A DNA stretch of 63,928 nt, filler included, from Octopus bimaculoides (Eukaryota): the NCBI RefSeq assembly GCF_001194135.2. It is 4 parts of 3 records of this genome, joined end to end, with 100 filler letters (N's around TTAATTAATTAA, not from the genome) between each part and the next. Parts side by side here need not be neighbours in the genome. Positions count along the whole stretch, not along the records: positions 1 to 19,607 come from NC_068983.1; positions 19,708 to 34,400 come from NC_069007.1; 2 more parts are not named here. One strand, 5' to 3'. Every line of letters starts with the position of its first letter. Positions within the stretch are counted from its first letter, which is position 1. The notes below the pieces were generated by a model. That model was not told where the DNA came from. It made no database searches and saw only the letters and a program-made list of their open reading frames with translations. A program made the position numbers and the translations under genes. Shown here in pieces: positions 13,358-25,190 of the stretch.

Positions 13358-13358
<1 letters not shown>
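11836..13358 (-). mobile_element. R4/Dong-clade LINE, same family as 10126-11803, 5'-truncated, spans an N gap
   Basis: Open frame DLKLYARNDKELETLLQTVHGFTKEIDMKFGLEKCAK...YKYLGV...HHPKSDIERLYIQRTEGGRGL; 3' UTR similar to that of the previous copy (CAGTAG..TTATTTTTAT..CGTGCTTTCAC); (ATT)n on both flanks. Confidence 0.9.
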
Positions 13359-13418
<60 letters not shown>

Positions 13419-14715
13419 GTTTGCTTTTAATCTGCATGTTTGTTACAATCACTTACTTGCCGGGACACACCCACCATCCTAGGGAGAGTGAAAAATAAGA
13501 GATATTACGGGGGAGTAACAGGGGCAGCAGCAAAATAACTTAATGTAATACACAACAGACGTTTAAATTGATAGGATTTTTCAAAGGATTTGGGCAGTAT
13601 TGTCAGCACAATCTTTTGGATTTCTCTACGACATGGTTCTCCTGAACTATTATCTAGATGTTTCTGACATCCATTTCTTATCATACCTAGGGCACAATAA
13701 CACGAACTGTTCTCGATTTAAGATGCCGCATCTTTTGTGTTTAAATTCCATTTCAGGGTCTTCTTATTTACTTAATTTCTCAAATGCCTTTACAGATATG
13801 TTTGTACCAGTGAGAGCACTTACATCTATTACTCTACAAGTATTTTCTTCCCAGTCTTTAATGACTATGTCTGGTCGATTATCCAGGATCTTTCTGTCGG
13901 TGTTGATTGGAAAATCTCAGAGGATAGTGAAATTTTTACCTTCAACGACTGGCTCAAGATGATGTCCTTAGCAGTAAGCAGCAGCGCTGATGTTGTAATG
14001 TTTACATATTCTCCAATGTAAATATTGTTCTATCCTATCGAGCGATTTCTGTATTCGTCTGGTGTCAGCACAGGACATCCCGAGACAAAAAGATTTATTG
14101 TTTGGTCAAATGTATCACAGAATCTGCATTTAGGGTCAGAACTATTTTGGAGAACGTTAGCCTTGTAGTTTTTGGTAAATAAACTTTGACCTTGTGACAC
14201 CAATATGGAACCTTCAGTCTCTGCTTTCAGTCCTGAACGTCTCAGCTACTGATGATTTGTTGCCTAGTCTAATTCTGCATTCCGACTTCGAAGTATATAC
14301 TGTCCATGCAGAGGCTTCTGGCTACACCGCTCCTCAATTTGTTTCTGCCCGTTCTTTTTTGCAGTCTGCTTAATTCATGCTAGTCATTTGGTGGCAATGG
14401 TTTCAGGTTCTTCATCTAGTTCAGAGTTAATACCAAGTTCCCTTGTGAGTTTGAAAGTTTCCTTGTTAATACAATGTGAATTTTGGTGCTTTCGTGTTTG
14501 TACACAAGCCGCATACACAATAAGTACCTGTTAATTGCTATTGCGGAGGTCTTATAGCACAGTTCTACCCTCATCATTCCTCTTCCCACATTACCTCTAG
14601 ATAATGTCTGCTTTTGGGTGGTGCATGTTCTGAGATGTTAGTATTTTTCGTATCTTCCTTTCAGGCGTTGGAGCTCTGTAAGAAACCAGTTAATAATTTT
14701 AAAACTGTATTAGAC
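13419..14715 (-). mobile_element. R4/Dong-clade LINE, different subfamily, degenerate
   Basis: Minus strand: NMHHPKADI, then DFPINTDRKILDNRPDIVIKDWEEKTCRVIDVSA; the 3' end abuts (ATT)n at 13359-13418. Confidence 0.8.
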
Positions 14716-14741
14716 TACTGGAAGTGCCGAGGTTAATATTA

Positions 14742-14875
14742 AGGCGGTGAGCTGGCAGACTTTGTATTTCTTCCCTTTGGGGTCGATAAAATTAAGTACC
14801 AGCGGAGAACTGGGGTTGGTTTAATCGACATATCTCCTCCCAAACTTGCTGGCTTCGTGCCAAAATTTGAAATCT
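14742..14875 (+). mobile_element. Short SINE (OR-like, internally deleted)
   Basis: AAGGCGGTGAGCTGGCAGACTTTG...CCTTTGGGGTCGATAAAATTAAGTACCAG...GTGCCAAAATTTGAAATC. Confidence 0.7.
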
Positions 14876-14959
14876 ATATATATATGTGTGTGTGCATGTG
14901 TGCGTGTGTGTGTGTGCGTGCGTGTGTGTGCACGTGTTTGGGTGTGTGTGTACACGCAC

Positions 14960-15013
<54 letters not shown>

Positions 15014-15308
15014 GGACCGAAAGCTGTGATTGAATCCTGGAATTATTTTAAAAATCAGTTTTCTACTCAATTCTGTTAATAGGTAAAGGTAGATTTAAAC
15101 CAATATACGTAATAAAAGGATATACTAGACATTACGTCTCTTTTAATAAAATAATTAACATTACGATGAAAAAATATGATTAAGCATTTAGTTTATGAAA
15201 TGGAATCTAAGCCGTATTTTAAAACGTCATCACGTCATCACGTATATTTATCTTGCTACATTAATTTTATATTTTGGGGAAATAAATCAAAACTTTAATA
15301 CAACTTAC

Positions 15309-15387
15309 ACTGATTTGATGAGTTATGATCTATAAATGGTGATGTGTTCTCCATCTTTGAAAGATAAGGAGTCGGTTGTTCCATCAC
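15309..15387 (-). other. Candidate isolated exon of an unknown gene (VMEQPTPYLSKMENTSPFIDHNSSNQ)
   Basis: Bounded by TATTTCAG| and |GTAAGT on the minus strand; 79 nt with a single open frame; no recognised homology. Confidence 0.2.
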
Positions 15388-15647
15388 CTGAAATATCAAC
15401 TCTTTTAATTAGTTTATAAATAGTTGGGTATTAGGCAGAGCGTTGATCATTCTGACTAGAATTTTAAATTGTATTTACAATCCGTCTGATTGGCTTCCAC
15501 ACAGTTTATGTCTACTCACACTCACTCACAAGACTTCAGTCAACCCAGACTATGATAAAAAGATGTACACCACAGATGGTATACATTAGAATCGAGTCCG
15601 GAATCTTACTATTCAGAAAGCAATAATAATAGTAATAAATTATTATT

Positions 15648-15836
15648 ATTTCAAATTTTTACCACAAGGGTAGTTTGGGGGAGGTGCGGATGAGTCGATT
15701 ACATCGACCCTGGTGTTCAACTGGTACTTATTTTACCGACCCCGAAAGGATGAAAGGCAAAATTGAACTCAGAAGTCGACCTAATACCGCTAATCATTTC
15801 GCCCGGTGTGCTAACGATTCTGTCAATTCACCGCCT

Positions 15837-15868
<32 letters not shown>

Positions 15869-16113
15869 CATAATAATAATACCCATAATCCTTTCTATGG
15901 GCATAAGGCCTCAAATTTGTGGGGTGGGGACCAGTCGATTATATCGACCCCAGTGTTTCATTGGTACTTAATTTATCGACACCGAAAGAATGAAAGGCAA
16001 AGTCGACCTCGGTGGAATTTGAACTCAGAACACGAGGACAGACGAAATACTGCTAAGCATTTTAGCCGGCGTGATAACGATCTGCAGCTTCAATAATGAT
16101 AATAATAATGATG

Positions 16114-16173
<60 letters not shown>

Positions 16174-16384
16174 GTTTCAAATTTTGGCACGAGGACAATA
16201 ACTTAGGGGAAGGAGTATGTCAATTACATGGACCCTAGTTTTTAACTGGCATTTATTTTATCGACTTCGAAAGGATGGAAGGCAAAGTCGGCCTCGACGG
16301 AATTTGAAACTCAGAAATGTTAGACAGACGAAATGCTGCTAAGCATTTTGCCCAGCATCTAAAAGATTCTGTCAGCTCGCTGGC

Positions 16385-16443
<59 letters not shown>

Positions 16444-16545
16444 TTCTTCTAAAGTCACAAGGCCTAAAATTTGAGGAGTGGGGGCAAGTCGTTAAACAGT
16501 GACCCAGTGTTCAACTGGTACTTTTTTTATCGACCTGAAAGGATA
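15648..16545 (-). mobile_element. Array of four head-to-tail short SINEs separated by (AAT)n
   Basis: Units at ~15648-15837, 15890-16085, 16172-16385 and 16445-16545, each with GTCGATT..ATCGACCC.AGTG...ACTGGTACTTA...GAAAGGATG; (AAT)n spacers at 15838-15882, 16092-16171 and 16388-16443. Confidence 0.85.
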
Positions 16546-16550
16546 ATATT

Positions 16551-16920
16551 AACAGAAGCACTCAGAGAACGCAAACCTCCGCCAAGGCAATACCAACGTC
16601 CTCTCAACGATTAGTCGGAGATGATTTCTAAAATGGGAATATCTGCAATAATCTCGACTGCTCTCATAAACGCGAATACTAAAAATGAACTCGACCGCTC
16701 TCAAAAATTAAGTAAAACAAAAAAACGGAAAAATAATCCAGAATCCTTGTTCGGTACCGGATCGATCCCCAAATCTCCTCAGTTCGTGCCAACCACGAGG
16801 TCAAACATCCCTGACAGTTTTATTTGAATCCATCCAGCGGTTCTTGAGACATCTTATCCACAGACAAACTAACAAACACGACTGAAAACAGTACCACCGC
16901 CTTAGCGAAGGCGGAGGTAA
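16551..16920. mobile_element. Non-autonomous Helentron/HINE-like element with subterminal inverted repeats
   Basis: ACCTCCGCC at 16575-16583 is inverted relative to GGCGGAGGT at 16910-16918; terminal hairpin ACCACCGCCTT-AGCG-AAGGCGGAGGT at 16893-16918; interrupts the fourth SINE. Confidence 0.6.
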
Positions 16921-19267
16921 TAATAATATTCAGCTTAGATATCAAGGACGTTCATTCGGAGGGAGTGAATAGTGTGCATTGCTCTTGAAGGAATTTACAA
17001 TTCCAAAATTTTGTTTCGATCTAATTTCTCACTTTAGGGAGGTAAGTTTGTCTTATTTTGTGTCACTACATGACTAATCAAGCTCTTATCTGAAAGAAGA
17101 ATACATTTTTAAAACACGATTGACCTTAGGGCCCCTGCAGCAATAACAGCCTGATTTCTGGTCAATTGTTGTAACTGATGTATTATCAATGCTCTATTTA
17201 ATTTACTCTGTATATTGTGTTTGGATTGCTGACCTATATTATGCCTGTTCTTTCGGTCATTGTGTGCTGAAGTTCCAGGCAATATATTCTGTCTGTAATA
17301 ATAGTAGAAAAGGTACATTTGAACAGCCGTGAGGAGATTGATCTTTTATGAGAAGTAGCCAAATTTAAATTTAACCCTTTAAAATAAAGTCGAGTCAAAA
17401 TATCTTAATTTTCCATTTCTGTTTACATTATAATCAAATAGCAGGCAACAGACTCTAAGTCTTTCCTCACCCACTAGATCTATAGCCAGAGACGTACTAG
17501 TCGTGACTATCTCATCTTATCAGAGACTAAATTATCTGATGTATTATCTTTCTCTTTCTCATCAGCAGTATGTTATTAGAGGTATGTTGTGAACGTTATT
17601 GCTAGTAAGCGGAACGACAACATAGAAGCTATTTCATTTCCTCTTTTTAGACGGTTATTTAGATGTATATTTTATATTGAGATGATCCTTAAAAGCCCTA
17701 ATGACAATCGTTAGTTGTTCTGTACTATTAAATGCTTCCGTATGTTCAGTGTGTGAATAACTTGATCCAAATAACAGTACCTTTGAATACTGAGTTCAAT
17801 TACTGTTGTGGGCTCTACCAAACCGAATTTTTCTTAGACTACATCAAATTAGGTATAAACTGATGACACAACGATCTAATAATCAAAGAGAGAGTCAACA
17901 TATCTCAATAATAGAGAAGCTTAGAAAGCTACGAATTAAAATACCTGTGCCCGAGAATATGTACTTCCGCCTCAAATACGTCCCAATTTCAAAATCCACT
18001 GTTTTCTTTAAATTTCAATGATAATATTATCATCTGCTATATACTGATGTCCTCTCAATCATGAAGCTACGGTATTTAGAATTGTGTCTGAATATAAATA
18101 CGATATTGTACCAAAATATCAATTTCTTGCTTAAGTACAAAACCATTATTTTACAGGAGGTAAAAATTTATCCTAACGACTTGAAGTATTTGATTTTACC
18201 GAATAAGGAATGTTTACGTCAAACGCAATGGAACTTGAACTCATCTAATAAATAAATGCAACTAAATATGCGAGGCGTTTTGTCCAGTACTCAACAAGTT
18301 CATCAAAAAATGGAAAATCCAATAACGTGGCAAAAGATATTGAGTATGAGAAGGTAGAAATATCAAATCGTTAAATTAATATCAAGTTTGTCGTTTATAA
18401 TTTAACGCCAAATAAGGTAGGGAGCAGTAAGTTATTGGTGACGATTCACTCGACAATAAGAGATCGTCAGTTTAAAATAAAATAAAGTAACTTTGTTTGT
18501 TGTTAGAAGTAGCCTCTCACCTATAAGTCTCATCGAGATCTTTTGTATAATTAAATGTAATCAATATTGTGACACACTACGGTGCTATTAATCTTGCAAC
18601 GAACTAATGTTCACAAATTATCTTTACCCTCTTCAATAAATTTTGACCTTGTGCCAAAGTATAAAATATGTATTTTCGTATATATGCTTCTGTTTCATTG
18701 ACAGCGGAAATCTCATCTGTATTGCAAATAAAAATTTTATTAATTCGAGTAATTAAAACAATTTTAATTAGCGCAATCAAAATGTATTTCTTGAATTATG
18801 GCTCCGTTTGACCTCTTCATTTATATTCCGAACATTGCCTAAACTCGTGATACATGATGATCCAGATAGAATAATGACACTTTAGATGAACTGATGGTTA
18901 AGTGAAGTTTAGTCTCCATTGAAAACGTGTTGACTGTACTAAGGTTAAAGGACTCCAAAAATGTTCAGTGGAAATGAGTAGTTTCAACATTTGTAGCATT
19001 ATTTTCTAATGTGGGAGTTCCCAGCAGAGTAAATCGAAAGACCATTCTCTCAGAAACGGCTATTGTAGTATCAATATTATCTGTGTCACAATCAGCAGGG
19101 CGATGGAAAAGAATGTAATGCTTTGCCATGCCCTTCGCATTCTGAGTTCAAAATCTTACCGGATCTTTTGTGTCTTACATTCATTTGGTGTAGAGAAAAA
19201 TAGCCAATCATTCCTGTCACCTAAATTTCTACTCTTGTGTCTATGCTTGATGCAATTTATTATTATT

Positions 19268-19607
19268 ATTTTATGTTTGACTTTTGTTTTGCATTTGTAC
19301 AAGTTGGATCCAAGTCTCACCCAGAGACCTCAAGAGACAACAAGTTAGAAGTTCATGTAGGTGTTATGCCTAGGGTACCATATATTTGGATTTGTACAGT
19401 TTTGTTCAAGTGAATGTTTAAGAAACCATAAGAAAATTATGTTTGCTTTAAAATTTGAGATCACATAGACAGTATTTTACGTAGGATATGGGCAGTTCCC
19501 ATGAGCACTATCTTTTGGACTTCAGCCATTTTGGGGTTTCCTGGTATCTGAGCTAGGTAGTAATCAGCCCGTTTCGCTGTCATTCCCAGGGCACCTATGA
19601 CAATAGG
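19268..19607 (-). mobile_element. R4/Dong-clade LINE, extreme 3' end
   Basis: Minus strand PIVIGALGMTAKRADYYLAQIPGNPKMAEVQKIVLMGTAHILRKILSM*, then a 3' UTR ending in AATAATAAT; cut by the contig join. Confidence 0.85.
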
Positions 19608-19631
19608 NNNNNNNNNNNNNNNNNNNNNNNN

Positions 19632-19643
19632 NNNNNNNNNNNN
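19632..19643. other. Assembly spacer TTAATTAATTAA inside a 100-nt gap (also at 34445-34456 and 52325-52336)
   Basis: The same 12-mer, with stops in all six frames, is embedded in Ns; each gap totals exactly 100 nt. It marks contig joins and is not biological sequence. Confidence 0.9.
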
Positions 19644-19707
19644 NNNNNNNNTTAATTAATTAANNNNNNNNNNNNNNNNNNNNNNNNNNNNNNNNNNNNN
19701 NNNNNNN

Positions 19708-20067
19708 ACCAGCTCCTGAACAACTCTTGTCGTCACATAATTTCAGGTGGACGTCGGCTGAGGTTTTGATGCCGTGGAGTAAGAAAGTGGCGAACACACG
19801 GTCTTTCTGTTTCAATTTCTGAATTTCTATTTCCAAATGTTCAGTATCCATTCCATGGAACTCGAGATTGTCGTATTTATACCCAAAACGTTTGTAGTCA
19901 AACAACATACTTGGGGTGGCCAAAGCTCGGGTGGCCAAATTGGGATTGGATTCCCAGGTGAATGGTTTCATAGCCAAAGACATTTGATCAAGGGCACAGT
20001 AAGCTTTGTCGAATGGCATCTTTCTGTATTCTTGTAATTCTTGCCAAATTGCCCAAATACGGTCGAC
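19708..20067 (-). CDS. Molluscan hemocyanin exon, C-terminal half of one functional unit (FU-c-like by recollection); 3' end lost in the gap
   Basis: Acceptor TTTGTTTCAG| then 120 uninterrupted codons, phase 0: VDRIWAIWQELQEYRKMPFDKAYCALDQMSLAMKPF...GYKYDNLEFHG...DRVFATFLLHGIKTSADVHLKLCDDKSCSGAG. Contains the hemocyanin motifs VDRIWAIWQ, MKPF, GYxYDNLEF and RVFAxFLLxGIxTSA. Confidence 0.95.
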
Positions 20068-20247
20068 CTGAAACAAATATGATAAACCAAAATCAAACAC
20101 TTCCGGTCATTTTATTATAAAACACATAAAAGAAAATACATATGAAATTACACGTATGTATGTATGTATATGTGGGTTAACACTGGAAAGTAATAGGCAT
20201 ATATACATAACAACCCAACCAGTTTATTATTGTCTAATGGGGACATG

Positions 20248-20849
20248 ATAATCTTTTCTACTCAAGGCACAAGGTCCGAAATTTTGGGGGAGGGGCCAGC
20301 CGATTAGATCGACTCCAGTACGCAACTGGTACTTAATTTATCCACCCCGAAAGGATGAAAGCAAAGTCGACCTCGGCGGAATTTGAACTCAGAACGTAAA
20401 GACAGGTGAAATGCCGCAAAGCATTTCGCCCGGCGTCCTAACGTTCCTGCCAGCTCGCCGCCTTGGAGACACGATAATGAAACCAAAATGCATTTTAAAT
20501 TGACCCGCTTAGAATGACAGTTCTTTATCTGAGAGAAAAGATTTGCAATGGAGAAAAACCTCCTTGATTCCTATTAAAACGTTTATTTCCGGTAAAGTTC
20601 CTGTAAAGTCAGTAAGATGTTGTAGAATTCATGTCCCTCACTGCATGACGGCAACAACTATAACAAGAAGAATCTATTCTATTACGGGTACAAGGCCGTT
20701 TTGTGGCAAGTGGAGTTGTTGGGTACATCGACCCCAGTGTTTGACCGGTACTTATGTTATCGACCTCCGAAAATATGAACAGCAAAATCAATCCCGGTGG
20801 AATTTGAACTCAGAACATGAGGACGGACGAAATGGGGCTAAGCTCGCCG

Positions 20850-20880
<31 letters not shown>

Positions 20881-20968
20881 GGTTTCAAACTTTGGCACAA
20901 GGCCAGCAATTTCGGAGCCGGGGCAAGTCGATAATATCGACCCCAGTTCTCTTCTGGTATGGGCACAA
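20248..20968 (-). mobile_element. Three short SINE copies (20248-20464, 20688-20852, 20880-20968)
   Basis: Same family as the 15.6-16.5 kb array; the last two are separated by (AAT)n at 20853-20880. Confidence 0.8.
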
Positions 20969-21254
20969 NNNNNNNNNNNNNNNNNNNNNNNNNNNNNNNN
21001 NNNNNNNNNNNNNNNNNNNNNNNNNNNNNNNNNNNNNNNNNNNNNNNNNNNNNNNNNNNNNNNNNNNNCAGAGAAGTATATATAGCGGTGAAGTTATGGA
21101 GAGAATCTATACATTTTGACAATGTGATCTGAACACGTGAAGCAGAGGTCTAGAAAATGGCGTAAACACGACACAGGTCAGAAGTTCAATTGTACAGATG
21201 AAAAGAACGGGTGATGTAAAAGAAAGAAAAGAAGAAAGAATATAGAACAATAGA

Positions 21255-21372
<118 letters not shown>

Positions 21373-21850
21373 GTAATTGTTTACAGCTACCAGGGTGATG
21401 GAGGAGTTGACACATTAAGCACAGTTTACAAATCACGTAGGTGTTTTCACAGATATAGGATGAATGACAGGGGGCAAAAAGAAAAAGAAGAGAAAAAAAT
21501 GAAGAATTGTAAAAACAAACTATATATGTTGAATGTAAGTACAGGTGTGATTGGAAAATACCTCACGGAATGACGACTGTGACCTGCACAATTACTGGCT
21601 GCCCTTTGGTAAGGCATAACACCCGTTCAGCCACCCTGCCAGGGATTCGGCGAAGTCATGGGACTGCAGAATCATGGTGGATTGTGAAGAGGTAACGGAA
21701 AAGCTCAAACGAGCCAACAGTGCTTCTTACATTGATGCTGAGCGGAGGAACCCGGGATCAAGAGTCAGGATCGCGAAGCTCCATCAAGAGAGTAACTGCA
21801 ACGCATCTATAGGGGTCGTGTCCATGGTTGTGTAATCAGCTAATGAAAGA
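21373..21850 (-). mobile_element. Possible LINE 3' remnant ending in the long (AAT)n at 21255-21372
   Basis: GC-richer coding-like stretch followed on the minus strand by a U-rich segment and ...TGTAAACAATTACC(ATT)n; no diagnostic motif recognised. Confidence 0.25.
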
Positions 21851-21899
21851 TTCATTATGACCTAAGCTCCCAATTCAAATTCATAATAATGGGATTGGA

Positions 21900-22679
21900 T
21901 GGCGACAGAGAGACATGGGAATCCGCAACAATGGTTAAGGAGCCCAGGAATCAAAGCAGAGACAAAGATAGATTTTTAATTGAAACACAAGGCCAAAGCC
22001 ATCCCACCAGAAATCACCAAAAATAGGTAATGAAAAAATACAAGTAACTGCATAATATGTGGTGATGGAGAAGAAACAATAAATCATATTGTCACTGACT
22101 GCCCAGTCTTGGCTAAGAAGGAATATATTCACAAACATGACAGAGTTGGGACATATATACACTGGAAGCTATGCCAACACTACGGAATGACAACAGAAAA
22201 AAAGATGGTATAGGCACACGCCAGAAAAAAGTCACAGAAAATGAGAAAGCAACCATACTTTGGGATATGCCAATACACACAGATAGGCTAACAGACTGGA
22301 TATAGCTGTCAGGGATAACCAAGAAAAAAATGCCTTCTACTCGATGCATCATACCAACAAATAACAATGTATTTCTAAAAGAAACGGAGAAACTCTCAAA
22401 ATACAAAGATCTAGAAATAGAGGTAACTCGAATGTAGAGCCTAAAAACATAAACAATTTCTATAATAGTAGTTGCATTAGGTATGATAAAAACATTCAGA
22501 CAAATACTTAACTAAAATACTTAAAAGTGTATATAACATACAGAAAATAGCACACATCCAACGTAAAGCACTTTCAATACTGTGAAAATAAGAGCACCAC
22601 AACAAACCACAGCACATACCCAAGACACACAGAGCTGCGCTTGGTAGTGCAGTGAAAGCATGTGATAAAAATAAGACTA

Positions 22680-22682
<3 letters not shown>
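21900..22682 (+). mobile_element. R4/Dong-clade LINE 3' fragment (family of 10126/11836)
   Basis: CIICGDGEETINHIVTDCPVLAKKEYIHKHDRVG...WDMPIHTD; 3' end ATAAAAATAAGACTACTG matches the other copies, here followed by (GAT)n. Confidence 0.85.
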
Positions 22683-22727
<45 letters not shown>

Positions 22728-22743
22728 AACAACAACAACAAAC

Positions 22744-23612
22744 ACTGAACTCAATGCTAATGACTAATATTAAATACTGAATTCAATGCTGAAAATAAGA
22801 TAATAGGGATAAACATGCTAGCCATACCAGTCATAAATTACGGCTTCAACATAATAAACTGGAAGATCACTGAATTGAGTAACTTAGAAAAAACCCAGAA
22901 AACTATTGACAGCATATCGAATCCACCACTCCAAAGCAGACATAGACAGAATATATCTACTCCGCTCACAAGGAGGTAGCGGCTTGACATAGGTAGAAAG
23001 CTACTATAAAATAACAATAGTTGAACTAGAAAAGTATCAAGAAACAAACAGTGGAAGACTCCTACATGTGATAAAAAAGTATCCCGAGTCATACAGACTC
23101 ATAAGAGCTGGTTTCCCGGTTTCCATGGCATATAAATTCCTCACCTGCACAGGACGCCACTCCGTCACAGGATTACTCATTTTTGCCAGCTGAGTGGAGT
23201 GGACTGGAGCAACTTGAAATGAAGTGTTTTGCTCAAGAACACTACGCGTTGCTCGGTCCAGGAATCGAAACCACAATCTTACGACCATGAGTCCAACACC
23301 CTAACCACTAAACCACGCGCCACTACATGTAATAAAGCCACACGAAAAATGAAAAGGCTTTTCTCTATACACAAGGAAGCGACAAAAAATTTAAAAAACA
23401 CAGAACAGAAACAAACTACTCTGATTCACTGATATCAGATGACACCGCAGAAATTACCAAAGAGACAAGAAACAATATGAAAACAGAACTACAAATCATA
23501 CTAAAGGATAAATAGAGAGAAAAATCACTGCATGGCCAATATCCTGCAAGGCTTGACAGAAGAAATGAGCCCAAGTAAAAGCCAGCAATGGCTCAAAGGT
23601 TCTGGACTACCA
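22744..23612 (+). mobile_element. R4/Dong-clade LINE internal fragment, interrupted by a SINE and truncated by a second SINE
   Basis: NKIIGINMLAIPVINYGFNIINWK...HHSKADIDRIYLLRSQGGSGL...SLHGQYPARL...QQWLKGSGL. Confidence 0.8.
23070..23322 (-). mobile_element. tRNA-derived SINE with an 8-bp target-site duplication
   Basis: Minus head GTGGCGCGTGGTTTAGTGGTTAGGGTGTTGGACTCATGGTCGTAAGATTGTGGTTTCGATTCCTGGACC; CTACATGT at 23062-23069 and 23323-23330. Confidence 0.85.
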
Positions 23613-23745
23613 AATCCACTCACAAGGTTTTGGTCGGCTCGAGTAGAAGACACTTGCCCAAGGTGCAACGCAGTTGGGGCTGAACCCGGAACCATGTGGT
23701 TGGTGAGCAAGCTACTTACCACACAGCCACTCCTGCGCCTATACA
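23608..23745 (-). mobile_element. OK-like SINE, 5' part
   Basis: Minus strand AGGCGCAGGAGTGGCTGTGTGGTAAGTAGCTTGCTCACCAACCACATGGTTCCGGGTTCAGCCCC...CTTGTGAGTGGATTTGGTAG. Confidence 0.8.
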
Positions 23746-24776
23746 GTAAATCTATACTATAAATTGCAGTGTTCTTGATTGCTTGATTGATTGATTGATT
23801 GATTGATTGAGTGTCGGCAGATTCACTCGAGAACGGTGCAGTGGAATCGCGTGAAATTCAGCACAGAGCGGCAGCATGGTCCGCTCATGCTCAGGAGATT
23901 TTATTGCCCTCCAACTCCCATGGTTACCGAGATAATCGATTATTACTTTTTAAGATAGGAATATCCCATTCAAAGTGGGGAGGGGCGATTTTGTTGCCTT
24001 TCCCATGCGCNNNNNNNNNNNNNNNNNNNNNNNNNNNNNNNNNNNNNNNNNNNNNNNNNNNNNNNNNNNNNNNNNNNNNNNNNNNNNNNNNNNNNNNNNN
24101 NNNNNNNNNNNNNNNNNNNNNNNNNNNNNNNNNNNNNNNNNNNNNNNNNNNNNNNNNNNNNNNNNNNNNNNNNNNNNNNNNNNNNNNNNNNNNNNNNNNN
24201 NNNNNNNNNNNNNNNNNNNNNNNNNNNNNNNNNNNNNNNNNNNNNNNNNNNNNNNNNNNNNNNNNNNNNNNNNNNNNNNNNNNNNNNNNNNNNNNNNNNN
24301 NNNNNNNNNNNNNNNNNNNNNNNNNNNNNNNNNNNNNNNNNNNNNNNNNNNNNNNNNNNNNNNNNNNNNNNNNNNNNNNNNNNNNNNNNNNNNNNNNNNN
24401 NNNNNNNNNNNNNNNNNNNNNNNNNNNNNNNNNNNNNNNNNNNNNNNNNNNNNNNNNNNNNNNNNNNNNNNNNNNNNNNNNNNNNNNNNNNNNNNNNNTT
24501 AACATTCTTGTGTCACCAATACAACAACCGCACTACCATATATTTTTCTTTTAAGGCGAGGTTATACCACAAATAAGGTTCCGTGACTACATGGGGCTAT
24601 GGGTACACACGTGAAGTTAGTTTTACAATATCGACCCGCAAAATGCTTAGCATTGTATTGTTTTTGGGTTGTTCTTACATTTTTTTGTTTTTGGAATTTT
24701 TGTTTTTTTATTTTTAGTTCTTTTTATTATTCAAAATATACATAGGAAATAGCCTTTAACCAAATCCACCACACTG

Positions 24777-24805
24777 CCCGAGTGAAATCGGGGAAAACAG
24801 CTAGT
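24777..24805 (+). mobile_element. Possible Helitron 3' terminus
   Basis: GC hairpin CCCGA-GTGAAA-TCGGG, then 8 nt, then CTAG|T: the canonical Helitron end geometry. The 5' end was not identified. Confidence 0.45.
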
Positions 24806-25138
24806 ATCCAATAAAACAAACGGCCATCCCAACATGTGCTCTACAGGCTGGAGACCCATCAGAAGAACACAACTCGCATTACACACACAAACACAAAACA
24901 CGGACACTAATACAACAAAAGACTAACCAAACTCCCTAACAAAACAAACTGATACAACGCAGAAAAGAGTTTGGGCACCCCAACAACAACAACAACAACA
25001 CCAACAAAAAGGAACACACAATACTGCACACACCCCAGCAACACGGAGGTGGAGCAGGTGATGCAGTAGAAGTCTGGTCTGCCTGAGATTATCAAACGCT
25101 GACTACTACTGCTACTACTACTGATGATGATGAGGAGG

Positions 25139-25170
<32 letters not shown>

Positions 25171-25190
25171 AATGATAATAATAATAATAA

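Noticed and set aside
15648-16545. CRISPR-like appearance of regularly spaced repeats
   Set aside because: The units are ~200-bp tRNA-derived SINEs separated by microsatellite in a eukaryotic context, with no unique spacers or cas genes.
17600-18240. Repeat-like block suspected to be a Penelope end
   Set aside because: No nuclease/RT motif or ribozyme core could be read from the sequence.
19632-19643. Recurrent TTAATTAATTAA motif
   Set aside because: Always embedded in 100-nt gaps; an assembly spacer, not a regulatory element.
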